Shown piece by piece: positions 8,331 to 17,056 of a stretch of DNA of 28,924 bases; the stretch's first letter is position 1; each line of letters begins with the position of its first letter. Where the stretch lies: assembly GCA_046757525.1 (NCBI GenBank), contig JBHHYI010000037.1:1-28924 (forward strand), in the 5' to 3' direction. The notes under the pieces were generated by a model. The model did no database searches and was not told where the DNA came from. It worked only from the letters and a program-made list of their open reading frames with translations. The DNA is from a bacterium. Lineage in GTDB: Bacteria; Zhuqueibacterota; Zhuqueibacteria; Oceanimicrobiales; Oceanimicrobiaceae. Both the position numbers and the translations under genes were made by a program.

Positions 8331-8406
8331 GGGGCCGTGGTGTAGCCTGGTTTAACACGCCGGCCTGTCAAGTCGGAGATCGCGGGTTCAAATCCCGTCG
8401 GCCCCG
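8331..8406 (+). tRNA. tRNA-Asp(GTC); CCA not encoded
   Basis: Acceptor stem GGGGCCG/CGGCCCC, discriminator G, anticodon loop CTGTCAA (GTC at 8367-8369), T-loop GGTTCAAATCC. Confidence 0.97.
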
Positions 8407-8424
8407 CTCTTAACTGTTTGATTT

Positions 8425-8462
8425 AGCCATTGCATTTGCGTAGATGTGATGGCTTTTTTTTT
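8425..8462 (+). terminator. Rho-independent terminator after the tRNA
   Basis: AGCCATTGCATTTG-cg-TAGATGTGATGGCT followed by a T-tract. Confidence 0.85.
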
Positions 8463-8665
8463 GATAACTTGTTGGAACCGTAGGTGGTATTGTTCCAAAA
8501 GCCGATTCTGTTCATAGATATTCTGTTCGTTGACGATACTAATTAAGGCAAAATTTCATTTGAATTTTAGAGATTTTGTTTTATATTTACTTGGCAAATT
8601 TAAGAACTTGTAACTTTTAATGGCTTAGCAGTTGATATTCTGAATGTTAGGAGGCCTACTCCGTA

Positions 8666-9136
8666 ATGAAATTGAAGGAAATTTTAAACGAAAGCAGAAT
8701 CAAAATTCCGCTTGAGAACACCTCGAAAGATAAGATCATCGAAGAAATGGTAGATATGATTGACCATTCCAATAAATTGAAAAATAAGTCGCAAATTTTG
8801 CAAGCTGTATTAGACCGGGAAGCTGTCATGAGCACGGGTGTAGGCGAGGAAGTGGCCATTCCACACGGAAAGTCCGATGGCGTCGATGATATCGTGGCTG
8901 CTCTTGGCATCACCAAAACCCCGGTCGATTTTAACTCGTTGGATGACAAACCCGTTCGTTTGGTCTGGCTTTTGGTAGGGCCTCAGGACAAAACGGGCCC
9001 GCATTTAAAAGCGTTGAGTCGTATATCGAGGCTGATGCACAAGAAGAAATTCAGGGAGCAACTGATGAACACCCATTCGCCAAAGGAAATGATTGACGCC
9101 ATCAGCCATGAAGAAGAATCGTATTTTGAGCTTTGA
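8666..9136 (+). CDS. ptsN: PTS IIA component, nitrogen-regulatory/fructose type
   Basis: DRE..MSTGVG..VAIPHG (phospho-His), F.SLD.KPV.L, HLKALSRISR. Confidence 0.9.
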   Translation: MKLKEILNESRIKIPLENTSKDKIIEEMVDMIDHSNKLKNKSQILQAVLDREAVMSTGVGEEVAIPHGKSDGVDDIVAALGITKTPVDFNSLDDKPVRLVWLLVGPQDKTGPHLKALSRISRLMHKKKFREQLMNTHSPKEMIDAISHEEESYFEL

Positions 9137-9212
9137 GCGCAGCTTTGCGCTAAGGCATCTACCCAAATAAGTGCTCGCCACTTTGGGGCGGTTGCAAGCC
9201 CGCCATTTTCCC

Positions 9213-9989
9213 GTGATCTCTAAAACTCGACTAAGAACTCTTTCATCCCTTACACAAAAAAAATACCGTGAGAAGTTTGGTCTATTTCTGGCAGAAGGTA
9301 TCAACCTCTGCGAAGAAGTATTAAAATCCGATTTCCAGATCAAAGAGTTGATCTACTGCCCGGAGATTTTGCGGTCAACTCATGGCGAATCCTTGCTGGA
9401 GAGATTCAAGAATGAAGAGGTTCCCGTAGAACAGTTGCCGGAAGCAGCATTCCTGAAGATTTCCAACACTGTGCATTCCCAGGGTGTCATAAGCGTCGTT
9501 GCCACGAAGAGGTTTTCCCTCAATGCGCTGCTGAAGCAGAAACCCAGGATAGTGGTGGCGTTGGAGCGAATAACCGATCCCGGAAACCTGGGGACCATCA
9601 TTCGAACTGCAGATTGGTTCGGAACCGGTGGGGTCGTCATTGGCGAAAACTCGGTGGAGGTGACCAATCCAAAAGTTGTCCGCGCAACCATGGGCTCAAT
9701 CTTTCATCTGCCTATTCTGACCAACCAGAAGCTTGGCAGGACATTGCTTGAATTCAAGAGACACGGGTATTCACTCGTAGCGGCGGATGTGGACGGTTCC
9801 GTGTCTTACTCGCAACTTACTTTTAAGGGTAACCAGGTCTTGCTGTTGGGGAATGAAATTACCGGGATAAGCGAGGAGCTGAAAGGCGACGCAGTGGTCA
9901 GAGTGAAAATTCCGAAAACAGGTATGGTAGATTCTCTCAACGTAGCCGTTGCGGCTGGAATATTCTTAGCGGAAATGTCGAGGAGTTAG
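9213..9989 (+). CDS. TrmH/SpoU family RNA methyltransferase
   Basis: DPGNLGTIIRTADWFG, LGNE..GIS, DSLNVAVA; likely GTG start at 9213 (frame open from 9171). Confidence 0.93.
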   Translation: MISKTRLRTLSSLTQKKYREKFGLFLAEGINLCEEVLKSDFQIKELIYCPEILRSTHGESLLERFKNEEVPVEQLPEAAFLKISNTVHSQGVISVVATKRFSLNALLKQKPRIVVALERITDPGNLGTIIRTADWFGTGGVVIGENSVEVTNPKVVRATMGSIFHLPILTNQKLGRTLLEFKRHGYSLVAADVDGSVSYSQLTFKGNQVLLLGNEITGISEELKGDAVVRVKIPKTGMVDSLNVAVAAGIFLAEMSRS

Positions 9990-9992
9990 TGC

Positions 9993-10772
9993 TTGAACGA
10001 TTCGCTCGAACAGATAGAGGTGCCACACCCAAGCTTGCGGGCGATTGCTGTTGCGATCATCCTGGGCTTTGTGTTAGCCGCTCTGATGATACTGATGCCT
10101 TTGGGGTTTTTCCCAAAAATGCAGTTGCTGCTTTCAGAGGCGATGATCGTGGTGCCAAGCTGCATCTACCTGTTCATGAAAAAATACAACTTCCGCGACG
10201 TTTTTCGCTTGCGCCGGGTCGACAAAAAGTTGGTCATCGCAAGCGTACTTCTGGCTTTGGCCGTGGTCGCAATCGCCGACGAAGTCGACAGGCTCATCGG
10301 TATGTTCATCGAGATGCCGCCTGAGTTTGAGCAAGTCTTGTTGAAAATTTTGAAAGCCGACACGTTTACGGACTGGGTCATGTTGATTTTGGCAGCAGTC
10401 ATCCTGGCAGGCATCGTAGAGGAAATGCTATTTCGGGGGATGTTGCTACAATCGTTGGAGCGCAGACTGGAATTGCCGTACGCCATTTTTTTGACCGCGT
10501 TGGTGTTTGCGATGTTTCATCCGACCCCCTGGCTCCTTCAAGTGCTCCTATTCGGTCTCCTGCTGGGGTATTTAGCCTGGCGCAGCAAAAGCATTGTGCC
10601 CGGCATCATACTTCACTGTATGACCAACGCCTTTTCCATAATTTCTTTAAACACGGATTTTGCATGGTTTAAATGGTACGACTGGTACGATCACGTCTAT
10701 CCGCCCGTGTTGGTTGTGGCGGCTTGCGTTGCCTACTACAGCATGAAATGGTTCCATCATTTGACTGAATGA
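9993..10772 (+). CDS. CPBP family intramembrane metalloprotease (CAAX/Abi-type)
   Basis: EEMLFRG, FAMFH and HCMTN motifs; multiple TM helices; TTG start with GAGGAG RBS. Confidence 0.92.
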   Translation: MNDSLEQIEVPHPSLRAIAVAIILGFVLAALMILMPLGFFPKMQLLLSEAMIVVPSCIYLFMKKYNFRDVFRLRRVDKKLVIASVLLALAVVAIADEVDRLIGMFIEMPPEFEQVLLKILKADTFTDWVMLILAAVILAGIVEEMLFRGMLLQSLERRLELPYAIFLTALVFAMFHPTPWLLQVLLFGLLLGYLAWRSKSIVPGIILHCMTNAFSIISLNTDFAWFKWYDWYDHVYPPVLVVAACVAYYSMKWFHHLTE

Positions 10773-10953
10773 ATAGAGCGCGCCTTAGCCATTTTACTAT
10801 TTATTTTTCTTAGACTAAGGAATTTACAGCTTCGTGACAAATCTTCTATTTTTTCTTCACAAGATTTTCCGCAAAACCCCTAAATTGCTATTATTATAAA
10901 AAACAAATCCACATCAACTGAAATTACATCCTTGGGCTACATTCCAATATCTT

Positions 10954-11325
10954 ATGAAGAAAATCGTCATTCTGAACGAGGAACTGGGCTGCCAAATGCA
11001 ACTGTACTTAGCCTTGTGTGATGCCTATTCGGTCGAAGTTGCAGAGAATGTGAAGTCCGCCATGTATTTACTGAGGAAAGTCAGGCCAGAAATCTTGCTG
11101 ATGGATTACGACCTGAATCAATTCAAGCACAATGGTGCTTCAGGACTTAGATTTCTGAAAAAGGTCAAAAGAAAGTATGAAAGCCTTAAAATCGTCACCA
11201 TCCTGAACAACAAGGATAAGCATATTGCCACTGAGATACAAGAAAACGGCGCAGACAGCATACTTTATAAGCCAATTAAAAACAGACGCCTGATTGCGCA
11301 CATTAATAGATTGTCGAACAATTGA
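10954..11325 (+). CDS. Stand-alone response regulator receiver domain (atypical)
   Basis: CheY-like pattern: RPEILLMD, GL.FLKKVK, GADSILYKPI; the acidic pair is degenerate (LNEE). Confidence 0.85.
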   Translation: MKKIVILNEELGCQMQLYLALCDAYSVEVAENVKSAMYLLRKVRPEILLMDYDLNQFKHNGASGLRFLKKVKRKYESLKIVTILNNKDKHIATEIQENGADSILYKPIKNRRLIAHINRLSNN

Positions 11326-11444
11326 GTAATTTGCTTTTCGTGTATCAGTAGATCTCCCTAATCCAATTGCTTCTCGCACGCGCTTCTTCGGATTTAGTCA
11401 AGATGAGATAATCCTGTGATTATCTTTTTAAGTGATTAGGGGGG

Positions 11445-11480
11445 AGGCCAGTATTTTTAGAAAATACTGGCCTTTTTTTT
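11445..11480 (+). terminator. Rho-independent terminator
   Basis: AGGCCAGTATTTT-tag-AAAATACTGGCCT followed by a T-tract. Confidence 0.8.
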
Positions 11481-11600
11481 GTAGAGATTTGTTATTTTTT
11501 TGCAATTTGTCATTGAAATTACGTATAATTTTATTACTTTTAATGGGTGCAGAGAAATAACATTTGAACATTGACTTCTTTTCAAGGTGAGGAGTCCCGC

Positions 11601-11957
11601 ATGAAAACAATCCTGGTGGTTGATGACGAAATCAACCTGAGAAAATTGTATCAACAAGAATTGGAGGAGGAAGAATACAGAGTCATTCCAGCCAGCAACG
11701 GTCAAGAAGCGATCCAGAAATTCAAGACGGAAGATGTGAATCTGGTGGTTCTGGACATTAAATTAGAGCAGGAGAATGGATTGGATATTCTAAGAAAGAT
11801 GATGTCGTTTAACCGGGACGCAAAAGTCATTATCAACACCGCTTATTCCACCTACAAATCAGATTTTGCCACGTGGTCTGCCGATGCTTACCTGGTCAAA
11901 TCTTCAGATTTAGATGAATTGAAGACGACGATTTCAAAGCTGCTGGCGGACGGTTGA
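11601..11957 (+). CDS. Stand-alone response regulator receiver domain
   Basis: ILVVDDE, LVVLDI, INTAY, YLVKSSDL; ATG at 11601 with GAGGAG RBS. Confidence 0.93.
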   Translation: MKTILVVDDEINLRKLYQQELEEEEYRVIPASNGQEAIQKFKTEDVNLVVLDIKLEQENGLDILRKMMSFNRDAKVIINTAYSTYKSDFATWSADAYLVKSSDLDELKTTISKLLADG

Positions 11958-11963
11958 GTCGGA

Positions 11964-12140
11964 TTAACTGAATTTGGTGCCTTTTCTTCTGCGACACCGC
12001 TTTTGCTTTATTTTTCTAAATCTCGTTTGGTTGCCTCGACACTTTTTTCTGAGATCGTCATCATCGCCGTGCTTTTTCTTGTGTCCGATGCCCTCCTCCA
12101 AACTAAACATCTGCGGCGTACTCCAAACTTTCTTCCTCAT
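11964..12140 (-). CDS. Unannotated 58-aa peptide, putative RiPP precursor
   Basis: ATG (12140-12138) overlaps the rSAM TGA (ATGA); GAGGT RBS; translation MRKKVWSTPQMFSLEEGIGHKKKHGDDDDLRKKCRGNQTRFRKIKQKRCRRRKGTKFS; TAA at 11964-11966. Confidence 0.65.
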   Translation of the reverse strand: MRKKVWSTPQMFSLEEGIGHKKKHGDDDDLRKKCRGNQTRFRKIKQKRCRRRKGTKFS

Positions 12141-13162
12141 TTTTCAACCTCGGTCGGATTGTTAGATTTCCAGGTCGAGCAGTAGATAAAATCGCCCCAG
12201 AGATTTTCGGTCGCCACGTACGCCAGCGGGCGGCATCCGCCGGCGCAGTTGCCACAGGTTTTGCAGAATCCTTCAAATTTTTCAGGTTCCACATACTTGT
12301 CCATGAGCCAGCTCAAATCCGCCCACGCTTTGGCCAACCCTTTCTCGAGGACGCTGTTTTTTTCTTTCCAGACGCTCGACATGGAACACTGGTAGAGATC
12401 GCCGTGCTGAAAAATCTGTCCAGAATAAATATCATCGTCGCCGAGGGCACAAATCGGTCCGGTGTCGTCCTCTTCGAGACCTAAGGTGAAACTCTCGAAC
12501 TCGGTGTCGTATTCATCGCGATTGTAAATGGCTTTGACCTCGCGGTTGAGCCAGTCGATGTCCTCACGCGAGGGCCTTAAGTAGGCGTAATTGCGAGCGC
12601 CCCGTCCAATGGGCGCGATCTCATCCAGTGTGGTTTCAGCCACGCCCAGGCTCCTGGCCAAATGCAAAATGGCAGGCACATCTCTTATATTTTGTCTGGT
12701 AACCGTCACCTTGAAGCTTAGACGGAAATCGTGTTCTTTCAACAAGCCTGCATTCTTCACAATCCGGTCAAAGCTTCGCCCCATGAGCGCATCATTAATG
12801 GTTGCTTCCGAACCGTTAATGCTCAATTGAATGGCGCTCAATCCGGCATCTCTTAATCTTAAGGTTTTGTCCCTGGTCAACCTTGTGCCGTTGGTGGTGA
12901 GTTCCACCCAGGCGTTGTTCTTCCTGAGCTTCTCAATGTAATCGTAGATTTCAGGTACCAGCAGTGGTTCGCCGCCGGTGAGGATCACCTTGAGCACGTC
13001 GTGATCGACAATCTCATTCAAAATGAACTGGCGTTCTGCCGCAGATAGTTCAAATTCTTCGCCATGGTATTTTTCAGCATCCATGAAGCAGAACGAACAG
13101 TCGATGTTGCATTTGTTGGTCAGGACCCAATAAAGTTCCAGGGGCGCTTTGAGAAAGGGCAT
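12137..13162 (-). CDS. Radical SAM / SPASM domain protein (PqqE/MftC-like)
   Basis: CNIDCSFC (CxxxCxxC), LTGGEP, TTNGT; 7 C-terminal Cys (ICALG, YQC, CKTCGNCAGGC, IYC); likely start ATG at 13162 (MPFLKAPLELYW). Confidence 0.93.
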   Translation of the reverse strand: MPFLKAPLELYWVLTNKCNIDCSFCFMDAEKYHGEEFELSAAERQFILNEIVDHDVLKVILTGGEPLLVPEIYDYIEKLRKNNAWVELTTNGTRLTRDKTLRLRDAGLSAIQLSINGSEATINDALMGRSFDRIVKNAGLLKEHDFRLSFKVTVTRQNIRDVPAILHLARSLGVAETTLDEIAPIGRGARNYAYLRPSREDIDWLNREVKAIYNRDEYDTEFESFTLGLEEDDTGPICALGDDDIYSGQIFQHGDLYQCSMSSVWKEKNSVLEKGLAKAWADLSWLMDKYVEPEKFEGFCKTCGNCAGGCRPLAYVATENLWGDFIYCSTWKSNNPTEVEK

Positions 13163-13359
13163 ACGTTGGTTTCCGTTGAATTCGCTTACCTGAAATGTAG
13201 AAATATTCGAGTCAGATGTCAAATTAAAATAAAAACACAATGATTGGAGAATTGCAACTTTTGGTGTGACTTGATTTTTTAAACAAAAGTTAGTATATAA
13301 CCCCAAGCCGAATGGAAGCAACATTAATGACAAACCCATGATTTGCTAAAACCAATCAA

Positions 13360-14199
13360 ATGTTCATTTCTAAAAGAATTAGGACAACCTGTGGAATGGC
13401 ATTTTTGTTTGAGACCAAATGGAAGCCTTTGTTATTGGTCCTAATACTCTGCCTTATTCTGCAGGTTACCTCTTGTGCGCCAGATGAAACGCACCCTGCA
13501 ACACTGCGCGTCTACGCGGCCGCCAGTCTAATCACCGTCATGCCGCAACTCAGGGATGCCTTCGTCAAGAGGCATCCGCAGTCGAAGGTCGAATTGACGT
13601 TTGCGGCTTCGTCGGTGTTGGCCAAACAGATTGCCCGGGGCGCCGCCGCAGACCTGTTTATTTCGGCGAACATGCAATGGGTGGACTACCTGGAAGAGAA
13701 GGCATTGGTTCGGCCTGAAAATCGTTTCGAATTCATCGGCAACCGGCTGGTTTTGATTGTGCCTAAAGTTAGTCGACTTGGTCTTTCAGGCATAAACGAT
13801 TTAAGCAAACCGGACGTGCACAGAATTGCTCTGGCCGATTGGGCGCACGTGCCGGCCGGTCTCTACGCGAAGCAAGCTTTGCAGAAGCGGGGGCTCTGGC
13901 CTCAGATTGCCCCCAAGTGCATTCCGGCTTTGGATGTGCGGGCAGCCCTGACTTATGTGGCCAGGGGCGATGTGGATTGCGGCATCGTTTACCGCACCGA
14001 CGCCCGCTTGAGCGGGAAAGTGACCATCGTCGGCGAACTGCCGGATGAAATCCAACCAGACATCCGCTATTCTATTGCATTGCTCCAAGGTTCCTCCAGT
14101 CCATTCAGCGAAGATTTTCTCGCTTTCCTACGCTCAAAGCCGGCTTCTGAAATCCTCACCCGCCAGGGTTTTCTCATTTTGAAGCCATGGGGCGATTGA
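13360..14199 (+). CDS. modA: Molybdate ABC transporter substrate-binding protein
   Basis: VYAAASL, FAASSVLAKQI..GA.ADLFISA, VPAG.YA, IVY.TDA; lipobox-like VTSC; start could be 13396. Confidence 0.95.
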   Translation: MFISKRIRTTCGMAFLFETKWKPLLLVLILCLILQVTSCAPDETHPATLRVYAAASLITVMPQLRDAFVKRHPQSKVELTFAASSVLAKQIARGAAADLFISANMQWVDYLEEKALVRPENRFEFIGNRLVLIVPKVSRLGLSGINDLSKPDVHRIALADWAHVPAGLYAKQALQKRGLWPQIAPKCIPALDVRAALTYVARGDVDCGIVYRTDARLSGKVTIVGELPDEIQPDIRYSIALLQGSSSPFSEDFLAFLRSKPASEILTRQGFLILKPWGD

Positions 14200-14867
14200 T
14201 GGCTTCCCAGCTCCAGATTCTTCTCCTCTCCTTAAAAGTGGCCAGCCTGGCGACCGTTGCCATCTTGCCAGTAGGCACCTATTTAGGCTGGCTGTTGTCG
14301 CGCAAGAGCTTTTTGGGCAAATCGCTTCTCGACGGTGTGGTGAACTTTCCGTTGGTGCTACCGCCTGTGGTTACCGGCTATTTTCTGTTGTTCCTGTTGG
14401 GACCACAGGGAGTCGTGGGACAATTTCTGCAGCGCTGGTTTGGCTTCAGGCTGGCCTTTACCTGGAAAGCGGCTGCGGTGGCGGCCGCGGTGGTGAGCCT
14501 GCCGCTGCTGGTGCGCTCCGTGCGTGTGGCCGTGGATTCGGTGGACGCGAAATTGGAAGAGGCCGCACGGGTGCTGCGCGCCAGCGAATGGAGCATTTTT
14601 GTTAGAATCACTTTGCCGTTGGCGGCCAACGGGATCCTGGCGGGTTCGGTGCTGGCGTTTGCCAGAGGGCTGGGAGAATTTGGCGCGACCATTGTGTTCG
14701 CCAGCAACATTCCCGGCAAGACTCAGACCATCCCCCTGGCCATCTTTACCTATCTCAACCAGCCCGGCGGTGAAAGCAAGGCACAAATCCTGGTTATCAT
14801 TTCCATGGTCGTTGCTTATTTGAGCATTCTGGTCAACGAGTGGCTTCTGAGGAAATTCAAAAAGTAA
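14199..14867 (+). CDS. modB: Molybdate ABC transporter permease
   Basis: PLVLPPVVTGY.LL, FARGLGEFGAT, IPGKTQTIPLAI; TGATG coupling to modA. Confidence 0.96.
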   Translation: MASQLQILLLSLKVASLATVAILPVGTYLGWLLSRKSFLGKSLLDGVVNFPLVLPPVVTGYFLLFLLGPQGVVGQFLQRWFGFRLAFTWKAAAVAAAVVSLPLLVRSVRVAVDSVDAKLEEAARVLRASEWSIFVRITLPLAANGILAGSVLAFARGLGEFGATIVFASNIPGKTQTIPLAIFTYLNQPGGESKAQILVIISMVVAYLSILVNEWLLRKFKK

Positions 14868-14885
14868 TGTTCTAACAAATTCGAA

Positions 14886-15962
14886 ATGTTAGCAGCCTCC
14901 ATAAGAAAACAGATTGAGGATTTTGAAATCGACCTGGCGTTGGAAGTCGCGCCGGGGTTTACCGCTTTATTCGGGCCTTCAGGTTCTGGCAAGACGACTA
15001 CGCTCAATCTGTTGGCGGGATTGCTAACGCCTGACCAGGGAGAGATCGTTTTAAACGGCCGGATCTTATATTCTAAAAAGAAAAAAATCAATCTTGTACC
15101 GCAGCAGCGCCAAGTTGGTTACATTTTTCAGGAAAGCCGACTTTTCCCCCATCTGAGCGTGCGCGACAATCTGCGCTTTGGGCTCAAAAGAACCCCGCGG
15201 CAAAACCAGAAGTTCGGCTTTGAAAATGTGATTCAAATCGCCGGGGTAGGCCATCTGCTGCAGCGGATGCCGGCAGACCTCTCCGGCGGCGAGAAACAGC
15301 GCGTTGCCCTGGCCAGGGCGTTGCTGGCCTCGCCTGATTACCTCCTCATGGATGAACCGCTAACCGCGCTCGATTTGTCCTCGCGGCTGGCGTTCTTGAA
15401 GTTCTTGAAAGAGCTGCACCAGCGCCTGGCCCTGCCGATCCTGTACGTAACCCACGACCTTTCTACGGTATTGAATTTTGCCGACCAGGTCGTTGTCTTG
15501 AAAAACGGCAGCAACGTTGGCTACGGCTCGCCTTACAGTTTGCTGGACAAAATGGCAGCGCCGCCGTTGCTTTCCTTTGAAGACGTTCCGAACATTTTTG
15601 AAGTGGAGATCACCTCACACCACGAAACAAAGGGCCTGACCATCGCGGCCGTCGAAGAGCTAACCTTTATTTTGCCGTTGCTAAAATGCGCAGTCGGTGA
15701 AAAGATTTCATTGAATATCCCGGCCTCGGAAATCATCATTGCAAAGGAAAAGCCCAAGCTCCTGAGTGCCAGCAATATTTTCGCGGGCCAGATCACGCAA
15801 CTTTACCATTTGGGTGAACGGGTGTTGGTAAAAATAGATGCCGGGCAATCGTTTACCGCCGAGATTGTTCCAGCCACCGTGGAGAGATTGACGCTTCAAG
15901 TTGGCGGAGAAGTCTACCTCATCATCAAAGCGAGTTCCTTCAGAAGATTGGTGTCGTCTTGA
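14886..15962 (+). CDS. modC: Molybdate ABC transporter ATP-binding protein
   Basis: GPSGSGKT, LSGGEKQRV, LMDEP; C-terminal TOBE/Mop domain (SASNIF...IIKASS). Confidence 0.95.
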   Translation: MLAASIRKQIEDFEIDLALEVAPGFTALFGPSGSGKTTTLNLLAGLLTPDQGEIVLNGRILYSKKKKINLVPQQRQVGYIFQESRLFPHLSVRDNLRFGLKRTPRQNQKFGFENVIQIAGVGHLLQRMPADLSGGEKQRVALARALLASPDYLLMDEPLTALDLSSRLAFLKFLKELHQRLALPILYVTHDLSTVLNFADQVVVLKNGSNVGYGSPYSLLDKMAAPPLLSFEDVPNIFEVEITSHHETKGLTIAAVEELTFILPLLKCAVGEKISLNIPASEIIIAKEKPKLLSASNIFAGQITQLYHLGERVLVKIDAGQSFTAEIVPATVERLTLQVGGEVYLIIKASSFRRLVSS

Positions 15963-16186
15963 AGGGACAGAAAATAGTCCTTGCAGGATACGACAGTTGT
16001 GAGTATATTTCATCTGGAAATATTAGGTATTAGCGAATTCCAGGACATTCAGAAGAGAATCCAATGGCTCGCGTATGAACAAACTGAAGTGGTTTAAAAC
16101 TGTTGAGCAACATATACCCACGATAGCTTTTATTACAAATACCATCTCCAAAAGATAATCAAAATGAGTGAAAAGACCCTAAAACT

Positions 16187-16486
16187 ATGGATGAGAATAT
16201 GACAAAATTAACCACTGCCAAAGTTAAATTGCCCAAAGAGGTAGAAGCCTGCATAAAGTCATTGACAAACAATCAATACAGTTTTGATGATCGAATAAGA
16301 ATTGCAATAGCAACAGGCTTGTTCGTTGAAAAAGAAATTACCCTTGCGCAAGCCGCGAAGTTGGCGGGAATGAGCTTGTATGAATATTTAGTTTATTTGA
16401 GACTTAAGGGCGTATCAGCCCATGAATATACCGAAGCTGAATTCGAAATGGATAAGGAATTTGTGAGAAACTACCTTAACCAATAA
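16187..16486 (+). CDS. UPF0175 family protein (putative antitoxin)
   Basis: AIA..LF.EKEITL.QAAKLAGMS..E HTH-like motif; directly upstream of a PIN gene. Confidence 0.8.
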   Translation: MDENMTKLTTAKVKLPKEVEACIKSLTNNQYSFDDRIRIAIATGLFVEKEITLAQAAKLAGMSLYEYLVYLRLKGVSAHEYTEAEFEMDKEFVRNYLNQ

Positions 16487-16981
16487 ATGAAAAAAAAGGA
16501 AATAGTTTCTAACGCCGGGCCTTTGATATTTTTGTCTATCCTTGGTAAGATCCACCTACTTAAACGTCTATTTACAACCGTTTACATACCACAAGCTGTG
16601 TTTGAAGAAGTTGTGCTCACAGGTAAGGATAGGCCCGGAGAAAAAGAGATAACCCGGGGATTAGAGGAAGGCTGGTTGGTAAAAGTAAAGATAAAAAACA
16701 AGTTAGCAGTTGAGGGTATGATGGGAAAACTACATCGAGGCGAAACTGAAGCCATTGTATTGGCAAAAGAATTAGGAAATGAGAGCGTTATTTTGGACGA
16801 TCTTTCTTCACGAGAAAAAGCCAGAACGATGAATCTCAAGGTAACTGGCACCATCGGAATATTAATGTTAGCTAAGAAAGAAGGTGTGGAACTTAACCTG
16901 CGGAAAGAATTAGACAAACTAATTGAACATGGCTTTCGAATTTCAGAAAAATTGTATCAAAAGATTATTGCTGTGAAATAA
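16487..16981 (+). CDS. DUF3368 PIN-domain protein (putative toxin)
   Basis: VSNAGPLI.L, YIPQAVFEEV, LHRGETEAI.LA, ILDD, GTIGIL, GFRIS. Confidence 0.88.
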   Translation: MKKKEIVSNAGPLIFLSILGKIHLLKRLFTTVYIPQAVFEEVVLTGKDRPGEKEITRGLEEGWLVKVKIKNKLAVEGMMGKLHRGETEAIVLAKELGNESVILDDLSSREKARTMNLKVTGTIGILMLAKKEGVELNLRKELDKLIEHGFRISEKLYQKIIAVK

Positions 16982-17056
16982 ACGATGGGAACATATACAG
17001 AATCGGCCTTTTCGTTTCCAGGTCTTTCCGTGACCTAATATTCAAAAAGAGTTTGT

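Noticed and set aside
8331..8470. tRNA-Asp as an island integration site
   Set aside because: No integrase, no duplicated tRNA 3' end seen, and housekeeping genes follow.
13285..13305. ModE box upstream of modA
   Set aside because: Only a TATATAAC half-site is present; it is equally explained as a -10 element.
12137..13339. Radical SAM gene as moaA (it is divergent from modABC), and the 400-aa long start
   Set aside because: It lacks the MoaA LRxSxTDRCN motif and C-terminal GG, and has a full SPASM domain. The extra N-terminal residues run through the AT-rich divergent promoter region.
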